From a virus (lineage: Duplodnaviria > Heunggongvirae > Uroviricota > Caudoviricetes), in IMG/VR virus record IMGVR_UViG_3300027710_001079, positions 128,833-192,832 of that record: a DNA stretch of 64,000 nucleotides. One strand, 5' to 3'. The notes below the pieces were generated by a model. That model saw nothing but the letters and a program-made list of their open reading frames with translations. It was not told where the DNA came from and did no database searches. Positions within the stretch are counted from its first letter, which is position 1. Every line of letters begins with the position of its first letter. Positions 63,162 to 64,000 of this stretch are shown in pieces. A program made the position numbers and the translations under genes.

Positions 63162-64000
63162 TTACTTGCGAGCGTTAGCTCGAACTTCTTCAAATGTGTA
63201 TTCTTTTTCAAGAGTACCATCCCAGAACACTGGCACTAGAGCCTTGGTCCAGCCTCGGTCAGCCCATTGCTTGGGTTCATCAACACTGGATACATATTCT
63301 CCAGTACCGTTGGTCCAAAGTGTAACACGACCCGCCTTTGACTTCTTACCGGGGTCAGTAATGGGGTCCTTAACAACATCAAACCATTCGGTTTTAAAAC
63401 CTGATCCGAGATCACCGTCTTCGACCCAAACATCTCGACTCATTGCACTGCACTTCATAGCAAACTTCTGAGTATCGCGATCCACGATTTGAAGCAGGGC
63501 ACCTCCCATGCCAAAAGCAATGTTATCGGCACTCCAGCCCATGGCCATAAAAGCACCAAGGATACTGCGAACAGTAAGTTCGTTGATGCCATCACCTTGA
63601 ATCAATCGTACATTGTTGAGTACTTTGAAGCCCTTGCTATTGGTTGTGTAACCAAACTTGCTACCAAGGATCTCAATCAACTTGCGGTTGACTTCAACAG
63701 GATCACCACTGTCAGGACGAATAACAACAGTGGCACCACTATCGATAACCTGTTGGTGAAGTTCTTCGCCCCACAGCTTAGAGGCTGCGTTGTAGATATC
63801 ATAACTATCACTGACAACAGCGAGGATAGTACCGGGACGAGCGAATTGAGTGAGCATGTTTCTGTAAGCATCAACTTCTCCTTCACGACCCCAACTTGTT
63901 ACTGTGCTGTGTTCCATTGCTGGGATACTAAAGCCAGCGATGCCGGCATTGTAATACTCACGAGCAAACAAAATACCACTAATAGTATCAGTGCCCATAA
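63162..64000 (-). CDS. nadV: nicotinamide phosphoribosyltransferase (NAMPT/NadV), N-terminal part beyond window end (partial)
   Basis: C-terminal half matches the NAMPT family (GTDTISGILFAREYY...RPDSGDP...QGDGIN...FGMGGALLQ). The ORF continues past position 64000. Confidence 0.65.
   Translation of the reverse strand, partial: MGTDTISGILFAREYYNAGIAGFSIPAMEHSTVTSWGREGEVDAYRNMLTQFARPGTILAVVSDSYDIYNAASKLWGEELHQQVIDSGATVVIRPDSGDPVEVNRKLIEILGSKFGYTTNSKGFKVLNNVRLIQGDGINELTVRSILGAFMAMGWSADNIAFGMGGALLQIVDRDTQKFAMKCSAMSRDVWVEDGDLGSGFKTEWFDVVKDPITDPGKKSKAGRVTLWTNGTGEYVSSVDEPKQWADRGWTKALVPVFWDGTLEKEYTFEEVRANARK

Noticed and set aside
1-64000. CRISPR arrays, integrase/att sites, rRNA, transposase/IS elements
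   Set aside because: No direct-repeat/spacer periodicity, no tyrosine/serine recombinase motifs, no rRNA-like conserved stretches and no IS terminal inverted repeats were seen. The only mobile-type genes are the HNH and GIY-YIG homing endonucleases.

Overview
AT-rich window with the organisation of a large (jumbo-type) virulent phage. Genes are densely packed and mostly on the minus strand, with two plus-strand blocks at 1.0-3.4 kb and 26.2-33.6 kb. The host is probably a Gammaproteobacterium, judged from an E. coli-like RpoZ, consensus sigma70 promoters, and curli and heptose/LPS genes. Main content: (i) an array of about 45 minus-strand tRNA genes at 17.2-24.7 kb, with five more elsewhere, several anticodon duplicates, and HNH and GIY-YIG homing endonucleases between them; (ii) a Ro60/Rsr-like TROVE+vWA protein (6990..8405) and two tRNA-mimic, YrlA-like Y-RNA candidates inside the tRNA array (16952..17065 and 23031..23144); (iii) about a dozen near-consensus TTGACA-N17-TATAAT promoters on the minus strand, several with the -35 box inside the loop of the upstream intrinsic-terminator hairpin, and one triple tandem promoter that feeds a ~260-nt transcript into a strong terminator; (iv) a phage-borne curli module (CsgF, CsgG, curlin-repeat proteins); (v) heme oxygenase plus two ferredoxin-dependent bilin reductases; (vi) a CHASE2 nucleotidyl cyclase, RpoZ, (p)ppGpp hydrolase, phosphatases and a kinase; (vii) a deoxysugar cluster (ColD/E1-type 3-dehydratase, split YerE-like ThDP enzyme, 4,6-dehydratase, reductase, aminotransferase, glycosyltransferases) and split HldE-like ADP-heptose genes; (viii) AhpC/AhpD, IbpA, ClpS, a KAS, a fatty-acid desaturase, an Hsp90-like GHKL ATPase and NAMPT; (ix) a 5' block with a Rieske oxygenase, three PP-loop ATPases (one QueC-like) and a B12-binding radical SAM enzyme. 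All calls rest on motifs read by eye and hand-folded tRNAs; no database search was possible.
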